A stretch of DNA of 64,000 nucleotides from Bdellovibrionales bacterium (GTDB taxonomy: Bacteria > Bdellovibrionota > Bdellovibrionia > Bdellovibrionales > UBA1609), in NCBI GenBank assembly GCA_965219095.1, contig CBDCMT010000001.1:1184001-1248000 (forward strand), given 5' to 3'. Below, piece by piece: positions 20,992 to 32,945 of this stretch; position 1 is the stretch's first letter; the number at the start of each line of letters is the position of its first letter. The notes under the pieces are model-generated. The model saw nothing but the letters and a program-made list of their open reading frames with translations, ran no database searches and was not told where the DNA came from. The translations under genes were made by a program, and so were the position numbers.

Positions 20992-21465
20992 GTGATGTTA
21001 CTATGCTTTTTTCTTTTTTCTTTCACTTTTTCTTCATTATCTCACTTCGATCTATCGCCTCAGAAATTTTTATCTGAATCTTTTTCCATGTCAACAAAAG
21101 GATGGAAGCAGACTGCTCATTATGATCTTGATGAACAGGGACTGTTAGGAGAGTATTTTGTAAGCGAAAAAAACATGATAGGCTCTCTTACAATTAGAAA
21201 GGTTGTTTCTAAGCCATTATTTTTATCAATTTTAAAACAAGACTTTATTCATAGCGGATTTAAGGTTAACCGTGCACGTAAACTAAGGAAAGGTATTTTT
21301 GTTTTTGAATTGTACCATAAATTAACGAGAAAACATATGATACAACTATCCTTTGTTAAAGAAGATCATTTGATCGTTTTAACTTGTAAATCGCATCAAG
21401 ATTATTTTGAAAAGATAAAACCTCTTTGTTTTAGAACTTTAAGAAGTTTTCAGTGGATTCTCTAA
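20992..21465 (+). CDS. Hypothetical exported protein
   Basis: Signal-like N-terminus; co-oriented with the upstream operon. Confidence 0.55.
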   Translation: MMLLCFFLFSFTFSSLSHFDLSPQKFLSESFSMSTKGWKQTAHYDLDEQGLLGEYFVSEKNMIGSLTIRKVVSKPLFLSILKQDFIHSGFKVNRARKLRKGIFVFELYHKLTRKHMIQLSFVKEDHLIVLTCKSHQDYFEKIKPLCFRTLRSFQWIL

Positions 21466-21594
21466 ACCTCCTAACTTAGAGTTTATATTAAACTTAAAAA
21501 TTAACTCCACTTTTTAGTAGAGCAGTCTATTCATTTTTTAAGTGTTCTTAGGTTTATAAGGACATCTAATACCAATTATAGAAATTAATTCGAC

Positions 21595-22473
21595 GGTAAA
21601 TCAAAAAGACAGGTCACTGGTTTAAGCCATAATAGTGACCCTAAAGTACTTGCAGAAGGAGGTGAGCTTTTCGAGATAAATTCTAAACCCTTTAGCTGGC
21701 CTGGTTTTTAAGGCCTCAAAGGAAAAAGCAAAAAAAAGATGTAAAATAGGATTTCAAGACTTTATTTATAAATAAACCAACAAAGGAGGAAAATAAAATG
21801 TATGATCACTATATAGCCGTAGATTGGGCACAAAGTAACATGGCCATTTCAAGGATGACAGGCAAATCAAAAGATATTAAGACTATGGACACGATTTCAG
21901 ATCTTGGAAATCTTCGTGCCTATTTAAAAACTCTGAAAGGTAAGAAGATATTGACTATCGAAGAGACTACAACTTCGATAGTGGTTGTATTCAGAATTAA
22001 AGGATAGTGTTGATGAGCTCATAGTCTGTGATCCTCTTCGGAACAAACTTTTAAGTGAAGGGGCTAAAACTGATAAAATTGATGCTGAAAAACTTATTTT
22101 ATTGTTACGCTCTGGCCTTTTGAAACCAGTTTTTCACTCAGGTGATGAATTCATTTACCTTCGTAAGATTGTCAGTGGGTATGAAGATGTGGTTAAAAGA
22201 GGAGTTCGTGTTAAAAACCAAAGATCAGCTCTGTTTCGAGCTTCCCACCTTGATGCTAAGAAGCAGACTCAATTAAAACGGGCGGAAGAGATATATTTGT
22301 TCTAGAAGGCTTAGATAAAGCTATCAGTTCTTATGGGGAGGAGAAAGCACGTTATGAAGCAGAGTTTAAGAGGCTAAGTAAAAAACACAAAGATATTAGA
22401 AATCTTAATAGCATTCCAGGAATTGGTTCTATCAAGGCTATCAAGATTGTAGCCAGGGTTGTAGTGCCTCACC
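21595..22473 (+). mobile_element. IS110-family element (frameshifted recombinase from 21798), truncated by element copy B
   Basis: YIAVDWAQ, IEE, KTDKIDA and L.SIPGIG motifs across frames; ~200-bp non-coding leader. Confidence 0.85.
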
Positions 22474-22662
22474 GAACCGAGGGGTTATTTTATATAACCT
22501 CTTGAAAACACTAAAAAGAGAATAAAAACAATAACTAACACTTCCTTGTTTCAGGCCAAATGCACACACTTTTTCACAGTTTTGGATAGTTAATCACGAA
22601 CAAATCACGAACAAACTCCTCAAGAAAATGGTAGGGAGAATAAAAACCGACCCACATAACTA

Positions 22663-24221
22663 GTCGAACGTGAAAAATTGACAAAAGCCTAGAATTTTTA
22701 TGCTGTATTCTCTTTATCCCTGTTACTTTCTATTATAGAGGGTTAAATATTTTTTCATAACTTAAACAAAACAGTAGTTTTCAAGAAGGCGTACAGGCCT
22801 TCTAAGCCATTTCAGTGAAAAAAACGAAAAAAGACGCAACCTCTAGCATTAACTTTCTAAAATTTTGAGAAGCTCCTGATAAAAGACAATTAATAGCATC
22901 CCCTTCTGACCCCAATAGAAAGTTTCTTCCCATACGAGAATCTGTTTTCATATGACCAATGATTGCCTCAACTGAACTTCTTCTTCTGTGAAGTTTTCTT
23001 TTGTAGGGACTTAATGTTTTACTCATTCCCCCAATATGAACATTAACTTCCGAAGGATGATGGTCTTTGCCACGATAACCTTTATCTACATACACATTTT
23101 TTGCCTTAACCTTTGTTAAGGATTCAACTTGAGATAAGGCTGGCTTTAAACTGTGAACATCTGATACATTTTTTTCAAATGACTTTACCCCTAAAACAAA
23201 GCAGTTTTTTGATGAAGTTGTCACACTCACCTTATTGCCAAATTCATATTTTTTATGGGCTTTACCCTTCCCTATGCAATAAACCTCAGGAGCATGAACA
23301 CTATACACCTTGTTCTTATTTCCTCTTTTTTGGTTATAAATTACACATAAAGATAAACATCTTTTTAAAGGTGAATTCTCTTCCAAGAGCTTAGAACCTC
23401 CTTTTCTTGTAACATCTCTTATCACACGACCTCGATAAGTATGAAGCTTTCTTTGCTGTTTTCTTGCTAAACGTATTTTTCTTGCATGAGCGTAACGAGC
23501 ATTTTTAAACAAACACGCCTTGGCCTTTCTTTTGTAGCTTTGACGTAAAACTAAACCCTCTTTTTGAGCCCTTCTAACTAAAGTCTTCAAAGCTTTGTAA
23601 TAAAGACGGCTGTCTGTAGGAAAAGCTATTGCTTTCTCTTGAACAGTTGTATCAACAACTACATTCTCAAACTCTTTTTTTTTACAAAACCCTCTCTCAA
23701 AGCTAAATCAATGGTTTCCTCTAAGAGAACTTCTATCTTCTAAGCCCCCATCCTCTTTCTCCAGTTAGTCAATGAACTTCTATTACAGGGATCTTCATAA
23801 GAATAAAAAGGCTGACCACAAAAATACTGCCATTGAGGACTCTCTTTGAACATTTCTATTGTCTTCTCGTCACTTAAATTATAAATGTATTTCAAGCACT
23901 GAAGTCCCACCATTAAACGAGTTGAAAGACCTGGACGACCTTTTTTTTCATCATACTTCGAACCAAAATCTTTATCAAAACGATCCCAGTCTATTTTATT
24001 AGCTAAAATGACAAGCGGATGCTTCTTATGAACAATGTCGTTTACTCTAAAATTAAGAGGGCTTCTCTTTTGTGTGCTGAACATGTCTTTTGGCCTCATC
24101 TTTTTTCCTTTCTGTTTTGCAAGGTTTTTTATCTGTTTTTCCACTTCCTTGCAATTATTTTTATGCAAAAATTACAAAAAAACAAGTGTTTTTAGCTGTT
24201 TGTGCATTTTTCACGCTCGAC
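22663..24221 (-). mobile_element. IS5-family element; transposase disrupted by a premature TAG at 23740
   Basis: IRs GTCGA.CGTGAAAAA; TAACTA on both flanks; KVYSVHAPEVYCIGKGKAHKKYEFG motif. Confidence 0.9.
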
Positions 24222-24340
24222 TAACTATGTTATGCTGTACTAGGTTTATAAAAAAACAACCTTCAAAAGGATACATGGCTGTTTGTCAAGGAAGTGATAT
24301 TTAAAGTGAGAAAATCAGTTACACAATTTAATTTACAGGA

Positions 24341-25369
24341 TCATAATACAGTTTTCTGACTTTGCTTTTTCAACATTATTCTCTTGAGAAAGTTTACTAC
24401 ATCTGAATGTCCTTTTGCTGTCGCCCCCATAAATGCTGCCATTATTACTGTCGTTCTGTATTTATTAACTTTAGTATCTAGATTTAGATTTGAAACTTCA
24501 AAAAGAACTCTTACACTATCGAGATGTCCGTAACGTGCTGCATACATAAATGCTGTTATTCCGTTATTATCTTTAGCATTTACATTTGAAACTTCAGAAA
24601 GAAACTTTACACTATCGAGATGTCCGTAACGTGCTGCATACATAAGTGCTGTCGTTCCGTCATTATCTTTAGCATTTACATTTGAAACTTCAGAAAGAAA
24701 CTTTACACTATCGAGATGTCCGTAACGTGCTGCAGACATAAGTGCTGTCATTCCGTATTCATCTTTAGCATTTACATCTAAACCTTTAACTTTAAAAAGA
24801 AGCTCTAGAATATCGAGATGTCCGTAACGTGCTGCATACATAAATGCTGTCGTTCCGTATTCATCTTTAGCATTTACATTTATTACTGGAAATTCGAGAA
24901 GAGACTTTACAAGATTTGAATCTCCTTTCTTTGCTGCATCTATAAGTACACTTTCTAAATCAGCACCATTTTTATTAAGAACTCTTGCAAAACTTAAATC
25001 CCCATTTTTTATTGCTTTCGTAAGTGCATTTTGTAGTGATTTATTATTCGCATTGGCTTTGTATGACAAAAGAAGCTTCGCCATTTCTTTTTGACCAGAA
25101 TTAAGAGCATATTCCAACATAGTTTCATTTTTATAACTAATCCTATAATTCACAGGTACTTCAATTTGACACTGTTCTAATATTTTTCTAAAAAGATTAA
25201 TTCTTCCTTCGGAAATAACTTCTTTTAACTCTTTTCTAAAGTATTTAGAGCAATCCACATATTCAGGATCCACATCTTCAGAAAAAGCAGGAAAGCTTAA
25301 GCTTATTAAAGCTCCCATGGTAAATAAAGCTATTAAAGCCTTCCTTATATTATTGTTATTTGGTTTCAT
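24341..25369 (-). CDS. Secreted ankyrin-repeat protein, copy B
   Basis: Signal peptide (..FPAFS); tandem VNAKD..G.TA.M.AARYGHLD repeats of 93-99 bp. Confidence 0.92.
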   Translation of the reverse strand: MKPNNNNIRKALIALFTMGALISLSFPAFSEDVDPEYVDCSKYFRKELKEVISEGRINLFRKILEQCQIEVPVNYRISYKNETMLEYALNSGQKEMAKLLLSYKANANNKSLQNALTKAIKNGDLSFARVLNKNGADLESVLIDAAKKGDSNLVKSLLEFPVINVNAKDEYGTTAFMYAARYGHLDILELLFKVKGLDVNAKDEYGMTALMSAARYGHLDSVKFLSEVSNVNAKDNDGTTALMYAARYGHLDSVKFLSEVSNVNAKDNNGITAFMYAARYGHLDSVRVLFEVSNLNLDTKVNKYRTTVIMAAFMGATAKGHSDVVNFLKRIMLKKQSQKTVL

Positions 25370-25458
25370 AACATCCTCCTTTTATTTGTGAAAGATATTT
25401 ATTTCAAACAGCTATCTTTCATTTTTTTGTTTTTAAGTCCTATTTTCTTATATTATTA

Positions 25459-26701
25459 TACCATTTCCAAAAATTAATTCGACATTTTTTTAACTCATTG
25501 CGTCCTGGCTTTTTGATAAAACTCTGTTAAATTTTTAGAGTCATGTCGAAAAAAGATTTAGTTACACAGATTCAAGGGTATGATTTTCTGGCTACTTACA
25601 AAGTAGAAAGAAGTGCCAACATCAAGACAAAATTATTGGCTTTGCAGCATATGCAAGAAGGAAAATCGATTCAAGAAACAGCAAGTATAGTTTTCTATCA
25701 CCGTCACAGTATCAAATCCTGGTTACAGTCTTTTGTAGACTTTGATTACGAGGGATTGATAGATCGAGAAGGCAGAGGACGCAAGCCTCGTTTGCCAGTG
25801 ACAGAAGAAGAGAACTTCAAAATCAAGTTAGATGAAATTCAAGACAAAAGAGAGGGAGGAAGCATAGGAGCAAAGGAAATACAGAAACTTTTAGCAGATG
25901 AATTTGACTGTTGCTATTCTCTTTCTGGGGTTTATGTTTCTTTAGACCGCCTTAATATTGTATGGATCAGTGGTCGTTCTCTTCATCCTAAAAGTTCATT
26001 AAGAAGCTATGGAACAGTTTAAGGAACATTTTCCAGAAGAGGTGGAGAAAATAAAAGAAAAGATTCAGACTCATAAAATAGAGATTTGGTGGCAGGATGA
26101 ATGCAGAATAAGCTCAGCAAGGTTCTTTGAGTAGGATTTGGGCAAGAAAAGGCACACGGCCTAGAGTTGTGAGGCAAAGACAATTTTTATCCACTTATAT
26201 TTTTGGAGCAGTTTGTCCGGATAAAGATAAAGGCTGTGCTTGGATTTTACCGGAATGTAATTCAGGGATGATGCAAATTCACTTAGATGAGATATCTAAA
26301 AATATTCAAGAAAACTATCATGGAATTGTTTTAATGGACAGAGCCAGTTGGCATACCACAGAGACTTTGATAGTTCCTAAGAATTTATCCCTGATGCCTT
26401 TACCTCCTTATAGTCCAGAATTAAATCCCATGGAACAAGTCTGGCAACAATTACGAAGGATCAAATTATCGAATGCATGTTTTAAAAACTATGACCATAT
26501 ACTGAATACTTGTTGTGAGGCCTGGAATACTTTTTGCGATCAGGAGGGCAGGATTAAAAAATTATGCACTCGATCTTGGGCAAAACAACAAGATGAATCA
26601 AGCTTGTAAATTAATTTGAACCTATAAATTAAATTGTGTAACTGATTTTTTTCATTTTAAATTTGAACATGAAAATGTCGAATTAATTTCTGTAATTGGT
26701 A
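25459..26701 (+). mobile_element. IS630 element type A, frameshifted transposase (25543-26609)
   Basis: IRs TACCA..AATTAATTCGACATTTT; QDE, MDRASWH and LPPYSPELNPME motifs. Confidence 0.9.
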
Positions 26702-26711
26702 TAAATTACAA

Positions 26712-26745
26712 AATCTTTACCTTCCGATATCGGAAGGTAAAGATT
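26712..26745 (-). terminator. 34-bp perfect palindrome, probable terminator of the split secreted-protein gene
   Basis: AATCTTTACCTTCCGAT/ATCGGAAGGTAAAGATT about 25 bp past the stop at 26769. Confidence 0.55.
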
Positions 26746-26768
26746 CAAATTTTATTTTGTTTTAATAC

Positions 26769-28656
26769 TTACTGTACACACTTTTCAAGGGCTTTCGCTA
26801 TTTTTAAACTTCTCTGAGATACTTCTAGAACGCCTTCCGCATATATCTTGCCAGCCTCAGAAAATATTTCTTTATATGACAGAAATAATTCCCCATTAAT
26901 ACTATCATCACAACCTTCACCCTTTTTGCAAAGCTCTGATAGCTGTTGAAACCCATCTGCAAATGTATGAAATATCACTGAGGTCAAGTTCAAAGCTAAA
27001 ACAGTTTCTATCTGTAATGTAATACCAATTACAGAAATTAATTCGACATTTTTATGTTCAAATTTAAAATTTTAAAATTGACTTAAGGAAAAGTTTCAAT
27101 TAGGAGGCTTTAAAAAAGTTTTTTTTGAAGGGAGGTTGAGTTTTCATAAGATATGTTTATTTTATGTATATCTATTGTTGTGTGAATCGATTGATGGGTT
27201 AAAATAAGTGTAAAAAAGTGAGGTTAAGATGTAAAATGAAAAAAATCAGTTACGCAATTTAATTTATAGGTTCAAATTAATTTACAAGCTTGATTCATCT
27301 TGTTGTTTTGCCCAAGATCGAGTGCATAATTTTTTAATCCTGCCCTCCTGATCGCAAAAAGTATTCCAGGCCTCACAACAAGTATTCAGTATATGGTCAT
27401 AGTTTTTAAAACATGCATTCGATAATTTGATCCTTCGTAATTGTTGCCAGACTTGTTCCATGGGATTTAATTCTGGACTATAAGGAGGTAAAGGCATCAG
27501 GGATAAATTCTTAGGAACTATCAAAGTCTCTGTGGTATGCCAACTGGCTCTGTCCATTAAAACAATTCCATGATAGTTTTCTTGAATATTTTTAGATATC
27601 TCATCTAAGTGAATTTGCATCATCCCTGAATTACATTCCGGTAAAATCCAAGCACAGCCTTTATCTTTATCCGGACAAACTGCTCCAAAAATATAAGTGG
27701 ATAAAAATTGTCTTTGTCTCACAACTCTAGGTCGTGTGCCTTTTCTTGCCCAAATCCTGCTTAAAGAACCTTGCTGGCCTATTCTGCATTCATCCTGCCA
27801 CCAAATCTCTATTTTATGAGTCTGAATCTTTTCCTTTATTTTCTCCACCTCTTCTGGAAAATGTTCCTTAAACTGTTCCATAGCTTCTTGTGAAGTTTTA
27901 GGATGAAGAGAACGACCACTGATCCATACAATATTAAGACGGTCTAAAAGAGCATAAACCCCAGAAAGAGAATAGCAACAGTCAAATTCATTTGCTAAAA
28001 GTTCCTGTATTCCCTTTGCTCCTATGCTTCCTCCTTCTCTCTTGTCTTGAATTTCATCTAACTTGATTTTGAAGTTCTCTTCTTCTGTCACTGGTAAACG
28101 AGGCTTGCGCCCTCTGCCTTCTCGATCTATCAACCCCTCGTAATCAAAGTCTACAAAAGACTGTAACCAGGATTTGATACTGTGACGGTGATAGAAAACT
28201 ATACTTGCTGTTTCTTGAATCGATTTTCCTTCTTGCATATGCTGCAAAGCTTGGAGTTTTATCTTGATGTTGGCACTTCTTTCTACTTTGTAAGTAGCTA
28301 GAAAATCATACCCTTGAATTTGTGTAACTAAATCTTTTTTCGACACTCTAAAAATTTAACAGAGTTTGATCAAAAAGCCAGGACGCAATGCGTTAAAAGA
28401 ATGTCGAATTAATTTTTGGAAATGGTATAAGGTAGGTATTAGGAAGATTTTTACATGTTACTTCCTCCTCATTTGTTTTGATTCTTTCAAGGCTATCTCT
28501 TGATTCTTGAACCATATTTTTAAGATTTTCTTGTTGCTGTTTTACAAGATCACCAGAGCTAGGATGTGTCATGATTTGTGCCGGTGATATTATACTTAGA
28601 GTCATTACTGCTGAAACGAGTAATGAAGTGGTTAGTAGTTTTTTTGTTGTATTCAT
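26769..28656 (-). pseudogene. Secreted hypothetical protein split by IS630
   Basis: Removing 27023-28427 and one TAA rejoins ..PNTYL|TLQIETVLALNLTS.. in frame. Confidence 0.8.
27023..28427 (-). mobile_element. IS630 element type A, intact 354-aa transposase (27282-28346)
   Basis: Terminal IRs; TAA on both flanks; DDE motifs. Confidence 0.93.
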
Positions 28657-28796
28657 TTTGTTCTCCTTTTTGGTTGTTGCTTTCTCAGCTTTCCTTTTTC
28701 TTTTGAGCTGATTGGTTTTAGATTATCTTGAAAATTATATTTTTCAATTATTTTTTGTTGCAAATTTAAAGAAAGTATTATATTTTAAATATAATA

Positions 28797-29615
28797 ATGA
28801 GTGTTTTTCGTGAAACAAACTATAAAAAAGTGCTGAAAACTAGACTAAAGGAAGAGTCTCTTAAAAGGCCCAGCCTCAATCTTAAAAAAATAGCCAAGAC
28901 CATTCGCATCCAGTACACCTATCTTTCTAAAGTGATGAACAGTGACTACATTCATTTAAGCGAAGATCATCTTTATGAAATGGGAAATGTCCTTAACTTT
29001 TTAACCGATGAAATGGAATATGTTTTGCTTTTAAGAAATTATGAGGCTTCTCAAAGCATGAAACGGAAGGAGTACTTAAAAAGCAAAATTTTATATATGA
29101 GAAACAAGAAAGAAGTTTACGCTCAAATTGAAGAGCTTGAAATTTCACAGAAAGATATTGAATTTCTCCTCTCCCCTCTTCATTGGATCATTTATTTTAT
29201 CTTAGGTGTACCTTCTTACAGAGAGAACCCTAAAACAATAGCTCGAGTTTTAGGAATCAGTCAAAGTCAACTCGAAATAGGTTTACAGACTTTAAAAAAA
29301 CTTTCTTTAATTGAAGTAGAAAAAAACATTTATCACATCTTAAGAATTAATAAACATCACTTTCACTACAATGTACAGCACCCTCTTACAAGAGTTCATC
29401 AACAAATGCTCCGCAGTTTTTGTGATACACAGCTTCTGAAGCTGTCTGAAGAACAAAAAAAGAGATTTATGGTGACCTTCAACGCTGATGAAAAAATCTT
29501 TTTAGAAATTCAAGAAAAGTTTTCTTCTTTTTTAAGAAGTATCGAAAAAAGGGTTTTAGTGGCACCAAATTTAAAAACTTATCAAATGAATTTTGAGCTT
29601 TTTGAGTGGGGTTAG
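28797..29615 (+). CDS. TIGR02147/DUF4423-like HTH protein
   Basis: MSVF...Y..., N-terminal HTH (IQYTYLSKVMN), ..HQQM.. and C-terminal YQMNFELF pattern. Confidence 0.75.
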   Translation: MSVFRETNYKKVLKTRLKEESLKRPSLNLKKIAKTIRIQYTYLSKVMNSDYIHLSEDHLYEMGNVLNFLTDEMEYVLLLRNYEASQSMKRKEYLKSKILYMRNKKEVYAQIEELEISQKDIEFLLSPLHWIIYFILGVPSYRENPKTIARVLGISQSQLEIGLQTLKKLSLIEVEKNIYHILRINKHHFHYNVQHPLTRVHQQMLRSFCDTQLLKLSEEQKKRFMVTFNADEKIFLEIQEKFSSFLRSIEKRVLVAPNLKTYQMNFELFEWG

Positions 29616-29665
29616 CTCACTGCGATGTTGACTTTGTTTTAATCTTTTTGCTAAAAAGATTTGTT

Positions 29666-30772
29666 ATGTTCTTTTTTATTTTTCTCTTCTCTTTATGGTC
29701 TCAAGCCGGTACATGGGGTTCTTCTGGAGGAGAACTTTTCAAGGATGCCAACAACCCTTGGTTTTTAAAGAACACTTCGTCTGTCAACTACTGCATAGAA
29801 ATTGATCAAGAAGGGGTTTCTTTGGAAAAAACCGCTGTTCATGAGTTAATAAAACTAGCTATTGATTATTGGAAAGAAGAGTTAAAAGGAAAAGGTGAGA
29901 GTTTAGGTTTGGGCACACAAAAGTTTGTTTTCAACAATTCCTGCTCTGGAGAGGAAGATATAAAATTCCAGTTTGGTTATAATACTCTTACTGAAGAGCA
30001 GTTAGAGTTTTTTAAAAAATATGGAGAAAAACCACAAAATTATTTGGGACTAGCTTTAAAAACTCAATACGATAGAGTTAACCTAAAAGCAAAGGGATTT
30101 GTTTTTATATCTTCTGATAAGGGTGAAGATAATTATAATTATGGGAAACCACAAAGCCGTAGATTTGAGGAAAGCCTATGGAGTCATAAAGGAATTTTAT
30201 TTCGTTTACTTCAGCATGAAATAGGTCATGTTTTTGGAATTCATCATACACAAAATAGTTTTATGTCATCAGAATTTCCTGCTAATCTGCTAAAGAACTT
30301 CAGACAGTTCAGAGATCTAAAGTCAGCACAGAAAAATCACTTTTTTGAACTTAGAACAAATCGTAACATTTCTTGCGATGATTTCTTTTTTAAGGAGATT
30401 AAAAAAGAGTACAATCTTGACAAAACCATTAAATGTTCCTATTTGAATACAAAAGACAACTGGCTCACACTTGAAATTTTTCTATCTGACGAAGATCACC
30501 TTGAGAAATTCCTTTTAGGAACAGGGGTTAAAGGCAAGATAGTCAGTGTGGAACTTGAGTTTCCCATTAAAGTTTTCTTACCTGAAGGGCAAAAGGTTTT
30601 TTTAGATAGGGACTATGGAAATTTTTTAAATGGCCCTTCAAGAAAAAAAATAACAAGAATTTTCTCTTTTGAAGAAAAAAATAAAAAAAAGTATTCTATT
30701 TTATTAAGGTTTTCGCCTGATTCCTTGGAGTTATACTTTGGTCGTGGAGGAAAATTTGAAAAAGTTTACTGA
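29666..30772 (+). CDS. Secreted metzincin-like zinc metalloprotease
   Basis: HEIGHVFGIHH (HExxHxxGxxH) followed by SFM Met-turn; signal peptide MFFFIFLFSLWSQA. Confidence 0.65.
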   Translation: MFFFIFLFSLWSQAGTWGSSGGELFKDANNPWFLKNTSSVNYCIEIDQEGVSLEKTAVHELIKLAIDYWKEELKGKGESLGLGTQKFVFNNSCSGEEDIKFQFGYNTLTEEQLEFFKKYGEKPQNYLGLALKTQYDRVNLKAKGFVFISSDKGEDNYNYGKPQSRRFEESLWSHKGILFRLLQHEIGHVFGIHHTQNSFMSSEFPANLLKNFRQFRDLKSAQKNHFFELRTNRNISCDDFFFKEIKKEYNLDKTIKCSYLNTKDNWLTLEIFLSDEDHLEKFLLGTGVKGKIVSVELEFPIKVFLPEGQKVFLDRDYGNFLNGPSRKKITRIFSFEEKNKKKYSILLRFSPDSLELYFGRGGKFEKVY

Positions 30773-31346
30773 TACCTTAAAATTTGCTTTGTTGTCCCTA
30801 TCTTTATTTTTAATATCCTGCCTTCCTCTTGTTTCCTATAAAAAACCTGTTTGCAATACAGAAAACAGGATAGATTTTATTAATCTGGAGGGCTCTTATT
30901 ACTATCATATGAATTTAAATGAAGAAAGTAAGAATCATCTTTATACGTTTTTCTTTTTAAGAGAATCAAAAGGTTTATACAAAATAATCTCCCCCCATAC
31001 ATTAACAGACTTATCAGCATCTGGTTGCCTTTATAACGGTTATCCTTATCTTGAGGTGCTTTTTGATAAAACCTATATTCTTCATAGGTTGACACAAAGC
31101 CCTAAAGGAGACCTTACCCTCCTTCACTTTTTTGCTTATAAAAATTTATTAACAACAAATAAGATTCCTTATACCGAGCCGGATCTTAACGATTGGAAAG
31201 AGTTCGCACTAGGTGAATTGCCTTTAGATTTCTTATTGAAAATTGTATACGGTTTAAATATTGACAATCGTAAAATAGGTGTAGAGAAATTTTTTCAGAT
31301 TATTGATCCTAGCTCTTGGCAAATTGTTTTGTATAAAGAAGACTAA
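30738..31346 (+). CDS. Hypothetical lipoprotein
   Basis: LFLISC lipobox; overlaps the upstream gene. Confidence 0.55.
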   Translation: MVVEENLKKFTDTLKFALLSLSLFLISCLPLVSYKKPVCNTENRIDFINLEGSYYYHMNLNEESKNHLYTFFFLRESKGLYKIISPHTLTDLSASGCLYNGYPYLEVLFDKTYILHRLTQSPKGDLTLLHFFAYKNLLTTNKIPYTEPDLNDWKEFALGELPLDFLLKIVYGLNIDNRKIGVEKFFQIIDPSSWQIVLYKED

Positions 31347-31494
31347 ACTAAAATATAATTTGTTTGTTTGTTTTTTTGATATTTCTTCTAGTGATTGTCT
31401 TTAGTAGTACCAAATCAATGACAAGCACGTGGTTTCGTCTAAAGTCCCAGCTCACTCTCTTAAAACATTAGAAAAGGAGGGTCAAACTAACTAG

Positions 31495-32941
31495 TGTTCT
31501 GACCAGTAAATTTTTTCACAATTTTCAAGCCTTTAATCCAGGTCATTTTATTAAATTATTTTTATATTAAAAAGAATAAAAGTGAAATGTTTAGAGTTAT
31601 ACCAATTCCAAAAGTTAATTCTACATTTTCATGTATAAGTTTGGATTTTTACTTCTAGAAATTTATAACTTTTAAGTATGGGTAAAGAGTGTATCAAATT
31701 CATTGGAAAGATATGATTTTCTAATGTTTATATACAATTTAGTTTACAGGCTCTTACAGGCTCGTCTCATTTTTTATAATGGAACTTTTCTCTGGCTGAT
31801 TTTCTTGAAAAATTCCATTTTATTATAATCTTCCGTCTGTTCATAATATTCACCCAAGCCTTGGTTCTTTTTCTTAAAGTTTCTATGTCAGGTATTCTTG
31901 ATTTTCCTAAACATTGACGAGAGTACATATTGATTGCAATTTCTGCTTGATTTAACCAACTTCCATGACTCGGAGTATAATGAACCTCAAAGCGAGACCA
32001 TAGATGCAAACCTCGCTCTGTTCCATAAAAATCAGTAAGACTTTTTTTTCTATGAGTGTTCAAATTATCCATAACTAGAACAATCTTCTTGGAATCAGAA
32101 TAATGTCTCTCAACAGAAGATAAAAACTTAGCAAAATCCGGACCTATCCTTCTCTCTGTTACCTTATTCATATAAAAACCTCTCTTAGGCTCCACAGCAC
32201 AGAAAACATTTGCTGTACCCTCTCTTTTATACTCATAATCTACTTTTTTTACTTCCGAGGGACGACAACCCGATGGAGGACGAACATCATCAAGTAACTG
32301 AAGAGGCTTTTCATCAATACACACAACAGGCTTTCCTTTAATCGGAGGCTTCTCATACACTTTCAAAACATCCTCCATCCTCTCTATAAATTCATCATTA
32401 AGCTCTGGTACACACCAACTCTTCTGTTGCCAAGGTTTTAGATCATGTTCTAAAAGAATAATCCTAACTTTTTCTTTGCTAATAGAGTCTACAATCTTGT
32501 TTTTTTCTGCCCTCTCTTTAATGAGCTCTAAAGTCCATCGATCAAAGCCCTCCGGAGGATCTGAGCAGACCATAGCTATAATCTTTGACTTTATGCGATC
32601 ATCAAACTTTGGAGGCTTTCCAGGACGAGGATCATCTTCAAGAGCTTTTTTCAACCCAAAATCCTCATAGTTTTTTTGGATTTTGAAAACAGTTCTAGGA
32701 GTTATCTCTAAGTAATCTGCTGTCTCTACGGCAGTTAATCTTTTGTTCCTTAAGTTTAGAACATTGGCTCGATATATGGCTCTTGGATTTTTAGACTTCT
32801 TTATAATTTTAAGAATTTCTCTCTTATCTTTTGGCTTTAATAAATTTAACATATGAGTATTAAAACATAATAAAAAAAAATTAAATAAAATGACCTGGAT
32901 TAAAGGCTTGAAAATTGTGAAAAAAATTACTGGTCAGAACA
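31495..32941 (-). mobile_element. IS630 element type B, single-ORF transposase (31767-32852)
   Basis: ~58-bp terminal IRs; CTAG on both flanks; IDEKP, MDNLNTH and WLNQAE motifs. Confidence 0.92.
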
Positions 32942-32945
32942 CTAG

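Larger units (their letters stand above)
22474..25452 (-). mobile_element. Partial copy B of the integrase-ankyrin element (ankyrin gene plus terminus), carrying an IS5
   Basis: Reverse-complement match to 52757-53975 and 55266-55470; AATCACGAACA tandem repeat at ~22592. Confidence 0.88.

Noticed and set aside
24480..24890. Regularly spaced near-identical repeats resembling a CRISPR array or DGR template
   Set aside because: They are in-frame 93-99-bp ankyrin coding repeats with no unique spacers; no cas or reverse transcriptase gene is in the window.
25459..28427. Composite transposon formed by the inverted IS630 pair
   Set aside because: The right copy has its own TAA duplication and splits a gene that continues outside the pair, so the insertions look independent.
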